NCBI GenBank assembly: GCA_951406725.2
Contig: OX597815.1
Coordinates: 158,844,001-158,908,000 of the forward strand
Reading direction: 5' to 3'
Source: Octopus vulgaris
Taxonomy: Eukaryota
Length of the DNA: 64,000 nucleotides
Shown: one piece after another, positions 9,553 to 23,271 of the stretch
How the letters are laid out: every line of letters starts with the position of its first letter
How positions within the stretch are numbered: position 1 is the stretch's first letter
Position numbers and translations under genes: made by a program
Notes under the pieces: model-generated
Told to the model about the DNA's origin: nothing
Seen by the model: the letters and a program-made list of their open reading frames with translations, nothing else
Databases searched by the model: none

Positions 9553-12379
9553 CATTATTAATACTACCTCTGTCGCTAAGAAAAGGAGGGAATATTATAT
9601 ATAACACTGCAATAGTGATGACGATGAATAAACACCCCCACCTCAAAACTACCACTTCCACGCTAGCCCACACTACCACTACAACTACCACGATCATCAG
9701 TTACTCTCAATGTTATCACTTCCATCTCCGTCATCTTCATTATCTCGCATTCTATCCACCACTTCTTCCACCACTATGTACACCTCCATTACACCACCAC
9801 CACCACCACCACCACCACTAATATTACTACCAATGCTTTCATTACAATCCTCAACACCATCAGTAATATCACTGTCATAACAACAGTGCTACACAGGTAA
9901 ACAACATGTGTCTAAAGATGAAAAAGTGCTCTCTGTAATATAAGTAACCTCAAACTTGAACTATTTTGAGAAGGTTGACGTACACTCAATATCTCTTTAA
10001 CTGGCGCGCTCTTCTTCCTTTATCTTTCATTGATTTTTTTCTTTTTTCTTGAATTTCTCTTTTTCTTTCTTCTTCTTCTTCTTCTTCTCACTGCACAGAT
10101 GGTCTCAACGTGCTTTCTGAAAAGTATTGAAGGGTGAGTAATGCTAAAGTGTGTGCGGGTAGTTTGGGTTAAGAACTTGGTTCTTAAAAGGGAACGATGT
10201 CAAAGAGTATGAGTGGATGGCATAGGTTAAGGGCTGGATTCTTTAAACTAATTTCGAAACTTCTCGTCTTCTGTTTACATAACTTTGCTGTGAAGAATTT
10301 TCAACAAGCAGAGGCGTGTATGAGCGCAAATAACGATGATTATTATGAAGACCTATGTGTGTACAAGGGTGGGCAAAATATACGAAACCTACTGTTTATT
10401 AAGTGGGTGTAATGGTGTTTAAAAACTTTTCGGTGTGGTGAGTTTTATTACACCATTCTGATTGAACGTGAGGCTCGGGCGTATTGCTGCCTTTGTTAAA
10501 TTTGATTGTATACACGGATCAACAGGGTTAAGATTGTTCGTTTACAAGATAAAGCACAGATGTACAGTCCATTTGCTCATATAGCAGCCATGTTGACGAT
10601 GATAAATACACTAAGTGCATATATAAGGAAAGAAAAAAGAATGCATTAATAATCTTGGTGAAACAGCACTTTTTTTTTTTGCATATCACCACTAAATCCC
10701 TTAATAGCAGGTTTCAATAATTTTCTTTATATGATTAAATTACATATGCAATAAAAATATATAATCATGGCAATTTAAGAGCAGTTTATTTTCTCCACAT
10801 TTGGATTGCTTACAGTAATAGAAAGACTCCCTGATTTCATAATTATGTAACAAAGATCGTTATACAACAATCTTCTATAGGAGAAGGAGCAGAATTAATA
10901 AGATTTACTGAATTTTTTTCATTTAAAGAAAAAATATACCTTTTACAAATGTTCACTACCTTGCAAAAACTATATCAGCGAAGCAAATGATCTTCTCTAA
11001 ACGCATTAAAAGCATTATAAAATATTCAGAAAACATTTTCAGAAAATTATCACCGTTCTCTTTGAGCATATAAAAGACAAATTTAGTTGGAGCAGAATGA
11101 GTAAAAAAAGATAGATAAATTTGCCCTTTCAATTCTTCAGAATTATATTTGAAAAAAAGACTCATGCACATCATTATCCGTCCCAAGACATCAGGAAGAT
11201 CATAGAAAAATGGTATATGATATGAAATTAATGAAACTGGACTAAATCTGCTTCACGATCTGCTGGAGTGGCTCTCTTCATGATATATTTACGCACCGTG
11301 CAGTTAAAGAAAGGAAATTATTGAAATTAATCATTACTCATTTTATTCCAATTTAGACATTTTTTTAAGATTGAAAATTATCAAAATAGATTTTAGTGTG
11401 AAAGAAATTGACTTAAAATCCAACAGCGAAAAGAATATTAATCGTTAAACACTAAAGATTATTCAGATATCTATCTCAATTATAATCGCGTCAAACTGGA
11501 CGAAAAAATTCTCGAAAAAAAAAGGACCTGTCACTTGAATATGTTCCAAACTTTCTCAACTCCAACAACTATGCTGACCAATTTCATTCCCAAAGATGAT
11601 GCAATAATACAAAATGATGATGCAATATTTGCAATGTATTGGTTTCAAATATACAAAAAAAGAATAACAAGAAATTAGAAATTACTCATTTTGCCCCGTT
11701 TACAATCCCTCATTTCCTTCTTATATATTTTTATGATGGTGAATACTAGATTCGGTAGATCGACTGACTGAATAATATGATGAGAATATTTAGTCACGTT
11801 CCTCTTCATTTTTATATTATGTACTCTCGAACATATGTCTACATGTGTTAGCCAACACTTTATTGCGACAAATGTAAACAACGTATCTTTATAATTATGC
11901 TTGTAAACAGAGAAAGGAACAGTCGTATATAAGTTTCGACACTTATTTAGAATCGTTGTCAGCAACAGTAAAACCACTTTTAACTAGCCACAAATGCATT
12001 GTTTCAAAACTAATTAATATTAGGGTTTAAGGGAAACTTGGTTCACCAATATGTATTTTTAATACAATTAGATTAGGAATTCCTTAAGAGCCAACTTTGC
12101 TTTTCCTGTCTCCGAGGTCGATGAAATAAAATATGCTTAGTACTCGGTGAATTAAATCTATTGCAATCCTTCCAATAGGCTCGGGAATAGGGAATGCCAG
12201 CGCACCCGCTAAGGCTTTCGAGGGGCAGTGAAAACACTTTGATCATCTTACCTGAAGAACTGGGTTTGCCACCCACTAATCGAATTTCGTCCCGCACTTA
12301 AGATCCTTGCTCTAATGTAATTGTTGGTTGGTAGTAATGTTAGAAGCATATCATTTCCTTCGAATTTACGAAAATTACT

Positions 12380-12500
12380 TCTATATTAATAAACGCGAAA
12401 TTCTGTCTGTCCGGGACCACAGTATCTGAGTCTACATTTCTTCTACATAGACATATTATACCATTTTGGAATCAGGATGATCCGGGTTTTGAAAAGCTGT
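12380..12500 (+). mobile_element. Helitron-like 5' end fragment
   Basis: The start TCTATATTAATAAACGCGAAATTCTGTCTGTCC resembles Helitron 5' termini. No 3' hairpin or CTAG was found. Confidence 0.4.
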
Positions 12501-13841
12501 CCTTCATTTGGTTCTTGAATATCCAGAATTACGATCTGACTCAAAAGCATTTAGGTTGCTATTTCTAGCAGGTAAAGCTTAACTGATTCACACCATCTTG
12601 GTTAATGTTTCTCAGATAACGTCAGAGAACAAGGAGGAAATAAATGACATTCGCTTCGTAAATTGTACGTCGAGCTAAGAACTTAGGGGCAAATTAGCCA
12701 ACAGCTGGAATTCAACTTGGGACTGGAGCAATAGAATGATTGCACTACAGGATTAATTCACATCCGTCCTTAGCCTCTGATCAAATACCACCGGGGTATA
12801 GTCAGTCATTATAGACGTATTAGAGTCATGCTATTTAGCTCTCTTTAGTTTTGGGCCCAGTTAGCCCTGTGCAGGAGCCGACTTAAAAATGCGCACTTTT
12901 AAGGAGCCAACTTAAAAATCTTGCCGTAAAGGTATAAAAGAGAGCTTGTTTTAATAGTATTACTCACAATCGCAGGAAAAATTTAACTCTGACGTGGTGC
13001 TAAATTTCTTTTATGAAGGGAAGTGGCTATTTTGATGGGTGTAAGGGCAGCAGTTGATTGATCTGACCCCTCTCTTTAATGCCAGTGTCTGTTTTAACAG
13101 TATCCTCAGATCCCTGAAAAGCAAAGTCAATTAGGGTAGGGTTTCAATTCAGAATACACAGGCACAAAACTAAATACTGTAATGCGTTTAGTCTTCTGTT
13201 ACGCAATACTTGCCAATTTTATCCTTCTTTTCATTCATTGATTGTTGGTGTTAATTCTTTCTAGTATAATTTGCGAAATTATTTATGACGAGAAAAGAAA
13301 CAGCAACAAGATGAATTTATGCTCAAACAGGTAAGATTTGAAAATGGGATGTAAACATCGCATGATACAGATAATTATCTCAGGATCGTAGCTGTATACA
13401 AGAAATAAAACATAGTGATACAAAAGGAGCTGATTACTTTGATAAATTTGTATTATAGAATCGATTGTTCAACCACCCTAGAGATGTGATGAATCTTTGA
13501 ATCTTTAGTATTATTGCAGTCCTTCAGCGATTCATTGTTCCCTTGTTGATTCAAACAATTATTCTCAAAATAGACTGAATCTAGTGTGTATTGTCGACGA
13601 AATGAAATCATCAGTAGCCTGCAATTAAGAATTGCACAATACAATCTTCATTCATTCTGTAGCCAATATATTCCAATAAATCCAATCTTTATATGGAATA
13701 GTCAGGTTAAGGATTATAGACAGTGTGCAGAAGTCCTTGGCGTTGAAATGCAACCAGTTCGAAATAAGCTTTGCAGGTACAGTTGGATTGTCAACAGGAC
13801 CTATCCAAAATGTGGGGAGAATGCCAAAACTTTCCAATGTA

Positions 13842-14082
13842 CAAGAGATCCCCAACCAGCTAGCCGCGGACTAATACCGGACCATGGGTCCTTTGGTACC
13901 GAGTGTCACACAAAGAATAAATTGTAAAATCTCGCTTTATGACTATCGCAGTCTGCTGGGTGTTTTTGCATTATGTATGTAATAATCAAATTATATATTA
14001 TGCACTTTGGGTTTTGTTATGCGCCTGATCCCTGATGCGCGAAAAAACTTTCTTCGTGGTGCAAAATAGTTGGGTTCTGCTG
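13842..14082 (+). mobile_element. MER1-like hAT-Charlie MITE
   Basis: Starts caagagatccccaacc..gccgcggactaataccggaccatgg and ends ggtgcaaaatagttgggttctgctg, resembling Charlie/MER1-type termini. Confidence 0.55.
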
Positions 14083-14496
14083 CTCATTCAGTGGCTTTGA
14101 CTATATCCAACATATGTTATTGAGAACAGGACAGATTTAGCTGTAATTCTAGTCCTCTATAAAGATAGTACACAAGTGCCTTATTTTTGAAAGAAGGGAA
14201 GGCTGTTTTATTCTGTCAAATAGCTATAGTAAAATAATCAATGAAGTCTATATCGTCTTTTATAAAATAGTTCGGAGAAGAGGACACTATGATCAAAATA
14301 GTCCTTCCTGGATTGAAAAGATTGATATGAACTTTCGAAATTTTATTAAAAGCTACAAAAATAAGAAAAAGTAGAATGAGCTAAGTGAATAAATCCACCT
14401 AGCTGATCTTACTTTTTAATAGACCAATGACATTCGTCGTCATCATCATCATTTTAACACCCGCATGGGTTGGACAGAACTTGTTGAGGCAGATTC

Positions 14497-14669
14497 TTCC
14501 GGAGATTTGTTTCGACGAGGAGGGTTATCCCTCTTTCTCAAAGGCTGTCATTACTTTTCGAGACAGTACTTCTTGATACAACAAGCATTTCGACTGTTTT
14601 CGTTACGCTAGGGTCTGCCATAAGTGCACCTACAATTTGACCTCTTTGAAAGTGCGATAGATCTGCCAT
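14497..14669 (-). pseudogene. Tc1/mariner transposase N-terminal (HTH) fragment
   Basis: MADLSHFQRGQIVGALMADPSVTKTVEMLVVSRSTVSK, a frameshift, then VMTAFEKEG*. This matches the Tc1-like DLSDFQRGQIVGA...SRxTVSKVMTA pattern. Confidence 0.85.
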
Positions 14670-15731
14670 TTTAATGAATTTTATATGTATACATATAAAC
14701 AAATATGCATATAAACAAATACATATATACATATAGACATATATATACATGCACACACATATACATATATATATATAAAAATATATATATATATATATAT
14801 ACATATATATTAAAAACTTACTTGGAGGAAACGCATCGCGTCGTTTCGTTTACCCCAAGTAAGTTTTTATATATAATTATGACGCGAAACTCTATAACCC
14901 TTTGCTTGACCTTCCCTTCCTTCCTTGTCTTCCTCTTTGCCTGTCTCTCTTTTTCACCCTTTCTGGTTTCCTTTCCTCTCTATATCTCTCTCTCTCTCAC
15001 TCCTCCTCATCTCTCTCACAGCCGGGCAACCACTTCCTTTCGCTTGCGGCCTCCTACAAGTGAACACGCTTTTTTCCTGCGCTCTTAAAAATCTTTCCTC
15101 GTCTAGGCCAAAAAAGGCCATCATTGTTTGTTTTCTTGTTTGTTTTTATTTCTTGTACTGTATTTTTTTGTAATTGTATTTTTATTTTGTATTTTATTTT
15201 GTAATTTTATTTGTATCGTTTTTACGTCCTGTTTTTGTCGCATTTTTTCTTTCCTTGTTTTTACCCCTCTGCAAAGGAATTATATTTAATTCTTTCGCAG
15301 GAAGGGCTAGTTCGACGAGTCGTGTTCTGTCCTCACCTTCGAAACACCCATGGAGTCGAACTAGGGACAGTTGATGTAGGGGAATTTTCCTTGTGTTGTT
15401 TGTCTTGTACTCTGTTTTTTCGTTGTTACAAAAAGGTCCGTTTCCATGTTTGTTTTTACGTTTTCGTTTCTCGTTGAGTTCTACGTCTATTTGTGGTGCC
15501 CTGTACTCACGTATATATATTTATATATGCATGTATATATACATGTAGATGTAGGTACGTACATATATGTATATATGTATGCATATATTTTATTTATTAA
15601 ATTATTATATACATATATATACATATATATACATATATATATATATATACATACATATATATACATAAATATATACATATAGATGCATCTACATATATAC
15701 ATACATATGCATATATATACACCTATATATA

Positions 15732-15780
<49 letters not shown>

Positions 15781-17062
15781 CATATGCATATATGGGTACA
15801 GGACGTCACAAAACGTAAACAGCATGAAAAACGAAATACGAAAACAACATGAAATACAAAGATAAACTTGGGTATGCGAACAACGAAACAAATGGAAAAC
15901 AAGACAAGTAACATAAATGACGACCCTTCATTGGTTGTCGGTTGTCCATCTAGGGAGAATAAAGGAGAAAGAGGGCGAGAGAATGGTGAAGAGCAGAAAC
16001 ACTGGATTGGTACTATATATTATAGATCTTGGAGAGTTGAAAGGCAAAACTGATTCTAACAGGAAATGAATTCAGAATGTAAAGAACTGGAAAAAAATAC
16101 TGCAATGCAGTTTTTCTGATTGTCTAAGGATCCAATCCACCACCCTTCAATGCCTTATTAGTATTAAAAATAGCTTCCTCTTGATAGATAATAGATGCCC
16201 AACATAGGACATCTCTGGACTACAGTGATATACAGCAGATTCAAAATTCATTATATAATAGTTTTTATTTAGCACTGCCAACCAACCAAGGCTATTAAAT
16301 AACTATGGATTAAATTACTATTTTTCTTCTGAAGATCTTGTGTTTCAATGTGGTTCTGTAATCATCTACATAATGATTATTGCACACCACACTATTATTC
16401 ATTAGTGAAACACATGTAAAAATTATGTAATTTATGACATTTTAATAAAAAGATAAACTAAATCTGTTTTATTCTGCTTTTGAATGCTACACATATTCTT
16501 CTTTAGCTCTTACAGACACATAGTCACAAGGAAACAAAAAATGCTAATTTTTGAATTTTCAATCAGAATCTAACATAAAAAGACAAACACATAAAAAAAT
16601 GAAATTTAAAAGTGAAAAAAAGAACCAAATTTCTAAAAGAATAATTTTTATTTATTTTTTTTTAAGGAAAACATTTTTATTTTATGCATTTAAGTACCAA
16701 AAATAACATATTAGCACTTTATATATGTATATATATATATAAATCCCTTTTAACTGGGGTTAATTGTTTCATTACTTATATACAGTTTGGAATGTCTTGA
16801 AGATGTTCAGTTTGTTTTGGTTTCAGATACAATATTATAGAGAATAAAATTTTTTTTTAAAAGATACAATTTTACAATATCATATTGTAAAACATACATA
16901 TATATTTGTATGTATGTATGTATATAATGAAAAGAATTGATATAAGAATTAATATGGATATATGTATAAATACAAAAGATGTTTCCACAATTAAAAGCTG
17001 TCTATTTGATATATAAGCGTGTAGTTATATTATGTACATTTGTGAGTGAGAAAATATATGAT

Positions 17063-17096
<34 letters not shown>

Positions 17097-17834
17097 ATGC
17101 ATATACATACATATGGTAGAAATCATTGTACTGATAGCTTTATGGCTACAAAATGCAAATAGTTTTACAATTATTAAAGTAATATAAAAGTAATCTTCAA
17201 AGTTTAAAGGAAAAGTTTCAGCTAATGCACTGATAATTACAATAATCTTAAAACAATATATTTTACAGAGGTACAAGAGAAAATTTTGGGAGAAGTGTAT
17301 AACCAATTACATCAACTTGAGTGCTTGTTTTATCAACCCCTGAAGGACGATTAAAGGATTAAGCAAGTCCAACGTCATTCTGACTCTAGAAATAACTGAA
17401 AACTGCATGAAAGATTTTGATGATTCTACCATCCACAACATAAACAACAATAATAATTATAATTGCTTCTAACATAGGAACAAGGTCTGAAATTTAGGGG
17501 ACAGGAATAATCAGTTATGCTGATCTCAATACTTGACTGTATGGTATTTCACTGATACCCACAGGGGCAAAAGCTAACCTCAGCAGGATTTGAACTTAGA
17601 ACATCAAGAGCAGGAAGAAATCCTACTGCAAGAGTTTTTCTTCAATGCTCTTATGATTCTACTAATATGCCTAATAATAAATACAATAATTAAAATACAA
17701 TAAGATCTAATAATTACAATAATTATAACATTAACCATTATTTCATATTTAACAATCCTATAATTTTTGTACTGAAGTTCTATGTAAAATAAAAAATTTT
17801 TTAAGCTTTAGCCTATTATAGTCATATATACTAT

Positions 17835-18160
17835 GCATGGTTCAGTGGTTAGAGTGTCAGGCTCACAATCATGAAGTAGTGAGTTCGATTCCTGGACCAG
17901 GGTGTGTGTTGTGTTCTTGAGCAAGACACTTTATTTCATGTTGCTCCAGTTCACTCAGCTGTAGAAATGAAGTTCAACATCACTAGCATTAAGCTGTATC
18001 AGCCTTTCCCTTGGATAACATTGGTGGTATGGAGAGGGAAGCTGGTATGCATGCGTAACTGCTGGCCTTCCATAAACAACCATGCCCAGACTTATGCATA
18101 GGAGGGTTATTTTATAGGTGCAATCTCATGGTCAATCATGACCGAAGCGGGTCTTTACTC
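17835..18160 (+). mobile_element. tRNA-derived SINE family C
   Basis: A-box tggttcagtggttagagtg and B-box gagttcgattcc, then gtgttcttgagcaagacactttatttc. Relatives at about 23275, 30139 and 61047 (minus). Confidence 0.85.
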
Positions 18161-18772
18161 TTCTACCCTATCACTATCAAAAATATTAATAAAGTTGCAA
18201 GTAACAATGGTGCTGCATTTATAAATCACATATTTCTAATGCCAGACATTTATCAGAATAGTGATATTGGTTTCAAATTTTGGCACAAAACCAGCATTTT
18301 CAGGGTGTGTAGTTAGTCAATTACATCGACCCCTGGTACTTATTTTATCAATCCCAAATGAAAGAAAAGCAAAGTTGACCTCAGTGATATTTGAACTCAG
18401 AATATAATGTTGGAAGAAATGTTGCTAAAAATTTTGTCTGATGTGGCAATACAATGTTCACTTCTTTCATTGTTTGAAGAGATGTAATGACAAAACAAAT
18501 TCAGATTCTAATTGGGTAAGTTGATTGTTTAAAACCCTAACCAAATCATTAACTTTGTAATGACATAAAAAAATTAGAAGCACAATAAGCCAGACCTTCA
18601 AGGGAGGATACTGAAACCCAAACTCATGGCTTGGTACAAAAGTTTGTAAAAAATATTGGATTGAGTTCCTGGGAGAGGCACAAAAAAACCATTTGCCCAG
18701 TTACTTCGAGTAGATGTGTGGCATCCAGCAGCAAAAATAATTTTACCTCTGCCAACATTAAAAAAATGGATG

Positions 18773-18775
<3 letters not shown>

Positions 18776-18811
<36 letters not shown>

Positions 18812-18823
18812 TATGTGCATGTA

Positions 18824-18878
<55 letters not shown>

Positions 18879-19066
18879 GTATATATTCATATATAGATAA
18901 GTGTGGATGTGTGGATGCATATATAAATATATATATATATGTTTTTTATATAAATGTATATATGTATATGTATATATGTGTGTATGTGTTTGTGTCTATA
19001 TATATACATGTCTGTGTGTAAATATATGTGTGTGTGTATGTATATGTATATATATATGTGTGTGTG

Positions 19067-19118
<52 letters not shown>

Positions 19119-19238
19119 ATATCTGTACACAACTTCTAACACTCTATAAATATATGTGTATATATATATATGTGTGTGTGTGTGTGTACATATATATATA
19201 TATATATATGCATGTATAAATATATATATCTCTGCATG

Positions 19239-19315
<77 letters not shown>

Positions 19316-19335
19316 ATGTGTGTGTGTGTATATAA
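18776..19335. repeat. Compound (TA)n/(TG)n microsatellite tract
   Basis: Directly visible. Similar tracts lie at 7280-7360, 7830-7925, 8500-8740, 15510-15790 and 44784-45150. Confidence 0.95.
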
Positions 19336-19514
19336 TGCATTTGAAAAAAAATTAATAGAAATGACTTTTCTGATAACTTTTTTCACTTCAATAATTATGT
19401 TTATAACTTATTAAAATCTAATTATTAAAGTGGAAAAATTATCAGAAAACCCATTTCTATTCATTTTTTCAAATATATAGTACTGTACGAAGGATTTTGT
19501 ATTTCTTATTCTAT

Positions 19515-19548
<34 letters not shown>

Positions 19549-19955
19549 CATGCACGTGCATGTATGTGTGTTTGCACACATATGCCTCTGTGTGTGTGTG
19601 TGTGTGTGTATGTGAGTGTGTGTGCATGCATGTGTTTGTATATAACAATTACATTGTAGAACAGTTCACTTAATCATTTAAGAACACACAATATTTGCTT
19701 TCATTTAATTCTTCATAGCACAATCAATTATAAAGCTATCATAATTCCACTACATCTTAATGAAGTCAGATACCAGATTGCAGAATTGTGATGAAATTTT
19801 TTAACATGTCATAATAAGCTGTGCAACTGAGAAATAATTAAAGTGAGGATGTAATAGATCCTGTGTGATCTTAAAGGTTAAAGTGACTCTTACACAACGT
19901 AACTGTTTCAGAATTCAGTGCATAATCTTCCACCAAGTCACCTACTAAACAACAC

Positions 19956-20003
<48 letters not shown>

Positions 20004-20527
20004 ATGTGTGTGTGTGTATATGTGTATGGAGAGAGAAGGTTGAGTACGTGTGAAGAAAAATGTCATAGAACTTGCAAGAAAATTAACAAAAATTATGCAA
20101 AAACAAATGCTTAAGTTCTATAAATCTTTTCTAAGACTTAAGATCACTCAATGAAAAACAATGAAGATTTACACAAACTTTCCAAGACTATTTTTATCCA
20201 CAATCAGTGTATTGATAATTGTAATAATAATAATAAAAAATGGGTTATAAACAACTTGAGAAAAAGAACATTCAACTAACACCATATTTTGGTGCAATAT
20301 TAAGGCAAATATGTGAATGCATTAATATATTTATTTTGTTGGTCACATATCTCACTCTATAAAAAATAGTCATAGTATATGATATCCTATGTTATAACAC
20401 TAATTTTCAAAATGTAAACACAAGCAAACATAATAACATGTGTTGATGTAATTTACAAAGGTTTAGCAAAAATGGAAGTCCTTGATTCATAGACAGATGT
20501 AAGACAGCATTATTCATTGGCTAAAAT

Positions 20528-21048
20528 CATTGTTTCCCAACTAGGGTACTTAGGAGCCCTAAGGTTCCATGAAAGAATACTAGGGGTTCTGTGAGAGGAT
20601 TCTAGGGGCTCCAGCAGAAATGGTGATAATAAATGGCTAATAATAATCAAATATATTTCTGAATCATCATTGCATTTAATTTTACTTCTTGTTTGTAGTA
20701 TTATTATATGGACATATAAGATTATTCCCTAAAACAGGAAAATCCTGGCTGCTGTGTGTTGTAAGGTAACTTGCTGAGGAAAATAACCTCATAATGAAGA
20801 ATTTTTAAGGTATTCTAACCAAGCACTTAATTAAAATGGAATTTCTAATATTTTTGTAATAACTGATAGGTTTCACAATGCAAAATCTATCAAAAACAGT
20901 TTTATAACTTGCTTAATCTCCCATGAAATTTTACTTTATGAAAGAGGGGGAAAAACCATTAATAAAGATTGATACTAATTATATGTAGGGGTTCCCTGAG
21001 ATAAAGAATTATTTCAAGGGTTCCCGAGAGAAGGTTTGGGAAACACTG
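20528..21048. mobile_element. hAT (Charlie-like) non-autonomous element in the presumed 3' UTR
   Basis: TIRs CATTGTTTCCCAA and TTGGGAAACACTG, with subterminal ggggttc repeats. The 8-bp TSD is degenerate. Confidence 0.7.
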
Positions 21049-21574
21049 ATCCAGATCATTGGAATTACTATGTCTCGTACACACATACACACACAAACAC
21101 ACACACACAATATTCAGTCTCACTCATGTATTAACATTGAAACTATGAAGTATTTCTGAAAGTTTCACTACCATCTTTGAAAGTAGCAAAACTGTCTACA
21201 AATTAATTGACTTGATTAATTATCATTTAATATTTGATAGGAACTGCTTCTCTGAAATGATTCTAATAAAGAGAGCAAAGTATAAAACATATATATTGTT
21301 AGAGAAAAAGAAGACATATATAATAAACTATACAAAAAATATATATATGAAATCTCTCTTAATGCTTCTTAATGATTTAGTTACACATAGGTGTATCTAA
21401 ATCAGTTATTGATGTTATACGCTCACACTTTATCTTTACATTTACAAAAAGAGACAATAGTATATCAGAAATTGATATACTAAAATACATTTTTACCTCA
21501 CAATTTATGGTAATATGAAATCAATAGAAGAGTTCAAATATACAGTTATAAAATATGAAAAATGTTCACAGACA

Positions 21575-21795
21575 CTAATGTAAATTTGAAGTGAAAAGCA
21601 TACAGGTAAGACTCAAAATCATTCCTGCAGATATATGGTACCATTTTGTTGAAAGTGTTTCTGCGGCATTACAGGCGTCACCAGTACAAGTGAATACGCA
21701 GGATCTGTACATACGCTCATGATCGGCATACCAAATGTCTTGACATTGTTCGCCCATATCACGGGAACTGCAAAATCGATGAGTGCCAACCACAC
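21575..21795 (-). CDS. Ly6/uPAR three-finger protein, last coding exon with GPI-anchor signal
   Basis: The acceptor ttcttcttatcTAG lies at 21798-21796; G|GT rebuilds Gly in frame with the upstream exon. It reads GVVGTHRFCSSRDMGEQCQDIWYADHERMYRSCVFTCTGDACNAAETLSTKWYHISAGMILSLTCMLFTSNLH*. It has Cys6-10, the terminal CN motif and a hydrophobic tail. RFCSSxDMG and YRSCxxTCxxDxCN match my recollection of Drosophila boudin-type proteins. Confidence 0.92.
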
Positions 21796-22527
21796 CTAGA
21801 TAAGAAGAAGAATGAAAGGAAATATTATACTGGAGAGAAAACCAAAGATAAATAGATAAGGCTTAAGCAGAAGAAAGAAAAAAAAAATGAAATAATCTTC
21901 TATTCAAGATGTGAACGATACTAGCAAAACAAAATCACCAAACCCATGCTGGTATCATTAATTTGATTTCCTCAACATAATTTGGGACACTGCTTCACAA
22001 GAAAATATTTTTGATTAGAAAAATATAGGTGCAGAACACACACAAGGTTGAAAACAGATGGAAACCAGATATACCTAAGTATTTATATAGGTGTGTGCAT
22101 GTATTTGTGAAGATGCGTATATGTGTGTATCTGCATGTATAATGATGTGTTGTGGTATACACACATATACATATAAACATAGCACACATATTCATGTGTG
22201 TATATACATTCCTACCAAATTACTGGATTCCAGTTTATAGTACAAACAATAATTTGCTGTGCTAGTTCCATCAAATATTATTTTACTCATGTAAAAAACA
22301 ACAACTTAGTATATGAAAAATTTCCTTCTTATACAGTACTTTTAGAATCTTGTTAAAAAAAACCTCCAATGTACAGTGACAAAGTATGCATTTAAGTACA
22401 GATTCTAATAACTAATTCTGTTTAAATAGAAAAGTTATATACTAATTCCGTTTAAATAGAAAAGTTATATGCCTAAAGACAAAAAAAGACCTTTGTTCTG
22501 GATGCAAATGGACAAATGGCGATATTT

Positions 22528-22565
22528 CCTTTCAGATGAAGAGCTATGCTCAAAACATTAAAAAC
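22528..22565 (+). ncRNA. Decayed minimal hammerhead motif
   Basis: ttt-CAGATGA-A-GAGC TAT GCTC-AAAA-CA-TT-aaa. Same layout as 53956-54001; CGAAACG appears to have decayed to CAAAACA. Confidence 0.4.
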
Positions 22566-22650
22566 TCTCTCTTTTTCTGAGTATCAAACTAATACATTTC
22601 GTGTGGATGTCCTCTTTATTCTTATTTTTTAATGTTTGATATTTCGATTT

Positions 22651-22708
<58 letters not shown>

Positions 22709-23061
22709 ACTAGATATATATTTTTCCTAGTCTATAAGGTTTTATTTAATATACATATAGTCATATACTTCTCATTTATTTAGTTTTCCTTTACTTTATC
22801 CCTCCTCTTTCTATAGACTACCTCTGACGTTATATTCTATAACGTTTTTTCGAAACAATATTAATAGCATTCAGCTAATCACTATACATATCCATCATTT
22901 TCTGTTAAAATGTCTTATTGACGAATTTCATTCTTCACTTTCCTGAATCTCCAATGTACAGTGACAAAGCACGCATTTAAGTACAGATTCTAATAATTTA
23001 AATAGAAAAGTTATATGCCTAAAGACAAAAAAAGACGACTGTTCTGGATGCAAATGGACAA

Positions 23062-23271
23062 GAAATGCAAAAGGTGAAAAAAGAGACATGACGAAAATAA
23101 AATGAAGCTATAGCAGAGGAATGCCACTGAAGTAACATGGAAAAATAGTGAGGACAGGTCTTATGGTGTCTAGGGTCACAAATGAAGTGACATGGGAATG
23201 ACACATATGGTGTGTTGGGCTCACACTATATAAGCCAGCATGAAAAATATGTTATAGTTATGATAATGATG
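23062..23271 (+). mobile_element. RTE-like LINE 3' end relic
   Basis: Decayed ..TWKx.VRTxLMVxG.T.E.T.. C-terminus followed by gccagcatgaaaaat.. and a (GAT)n-like tail shared with the RTE-tail SINEs. Confidence 0.45.

Noticed and set aside
10362-10560. Possible mariner terminus and N-terminal relic
   Set aside because: Only a short TA-CAAGGGTGGGC start and weak peptide similarity; no partner TIR.
10956-11186. 76-aa ORF in non-repetitive sequence
   Set aside because: No recognisable domain or convincing splice sites.
12243-12305. atctta-c-CTGAAGA...taagat hammerhead candidate
   Set aside because: No GAAA adjacent to stem II and no stem III.
13453-13855. ORFs with faint hAT-dimerisation resemblance (FW...P...LHF...C)
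   Set aside because: Too weak to call without a search.
17835-17905. tRNA-like A/B boxes
   Set aside because: No complete cloverleaf; continues into a SINE body repeated elsewhere.
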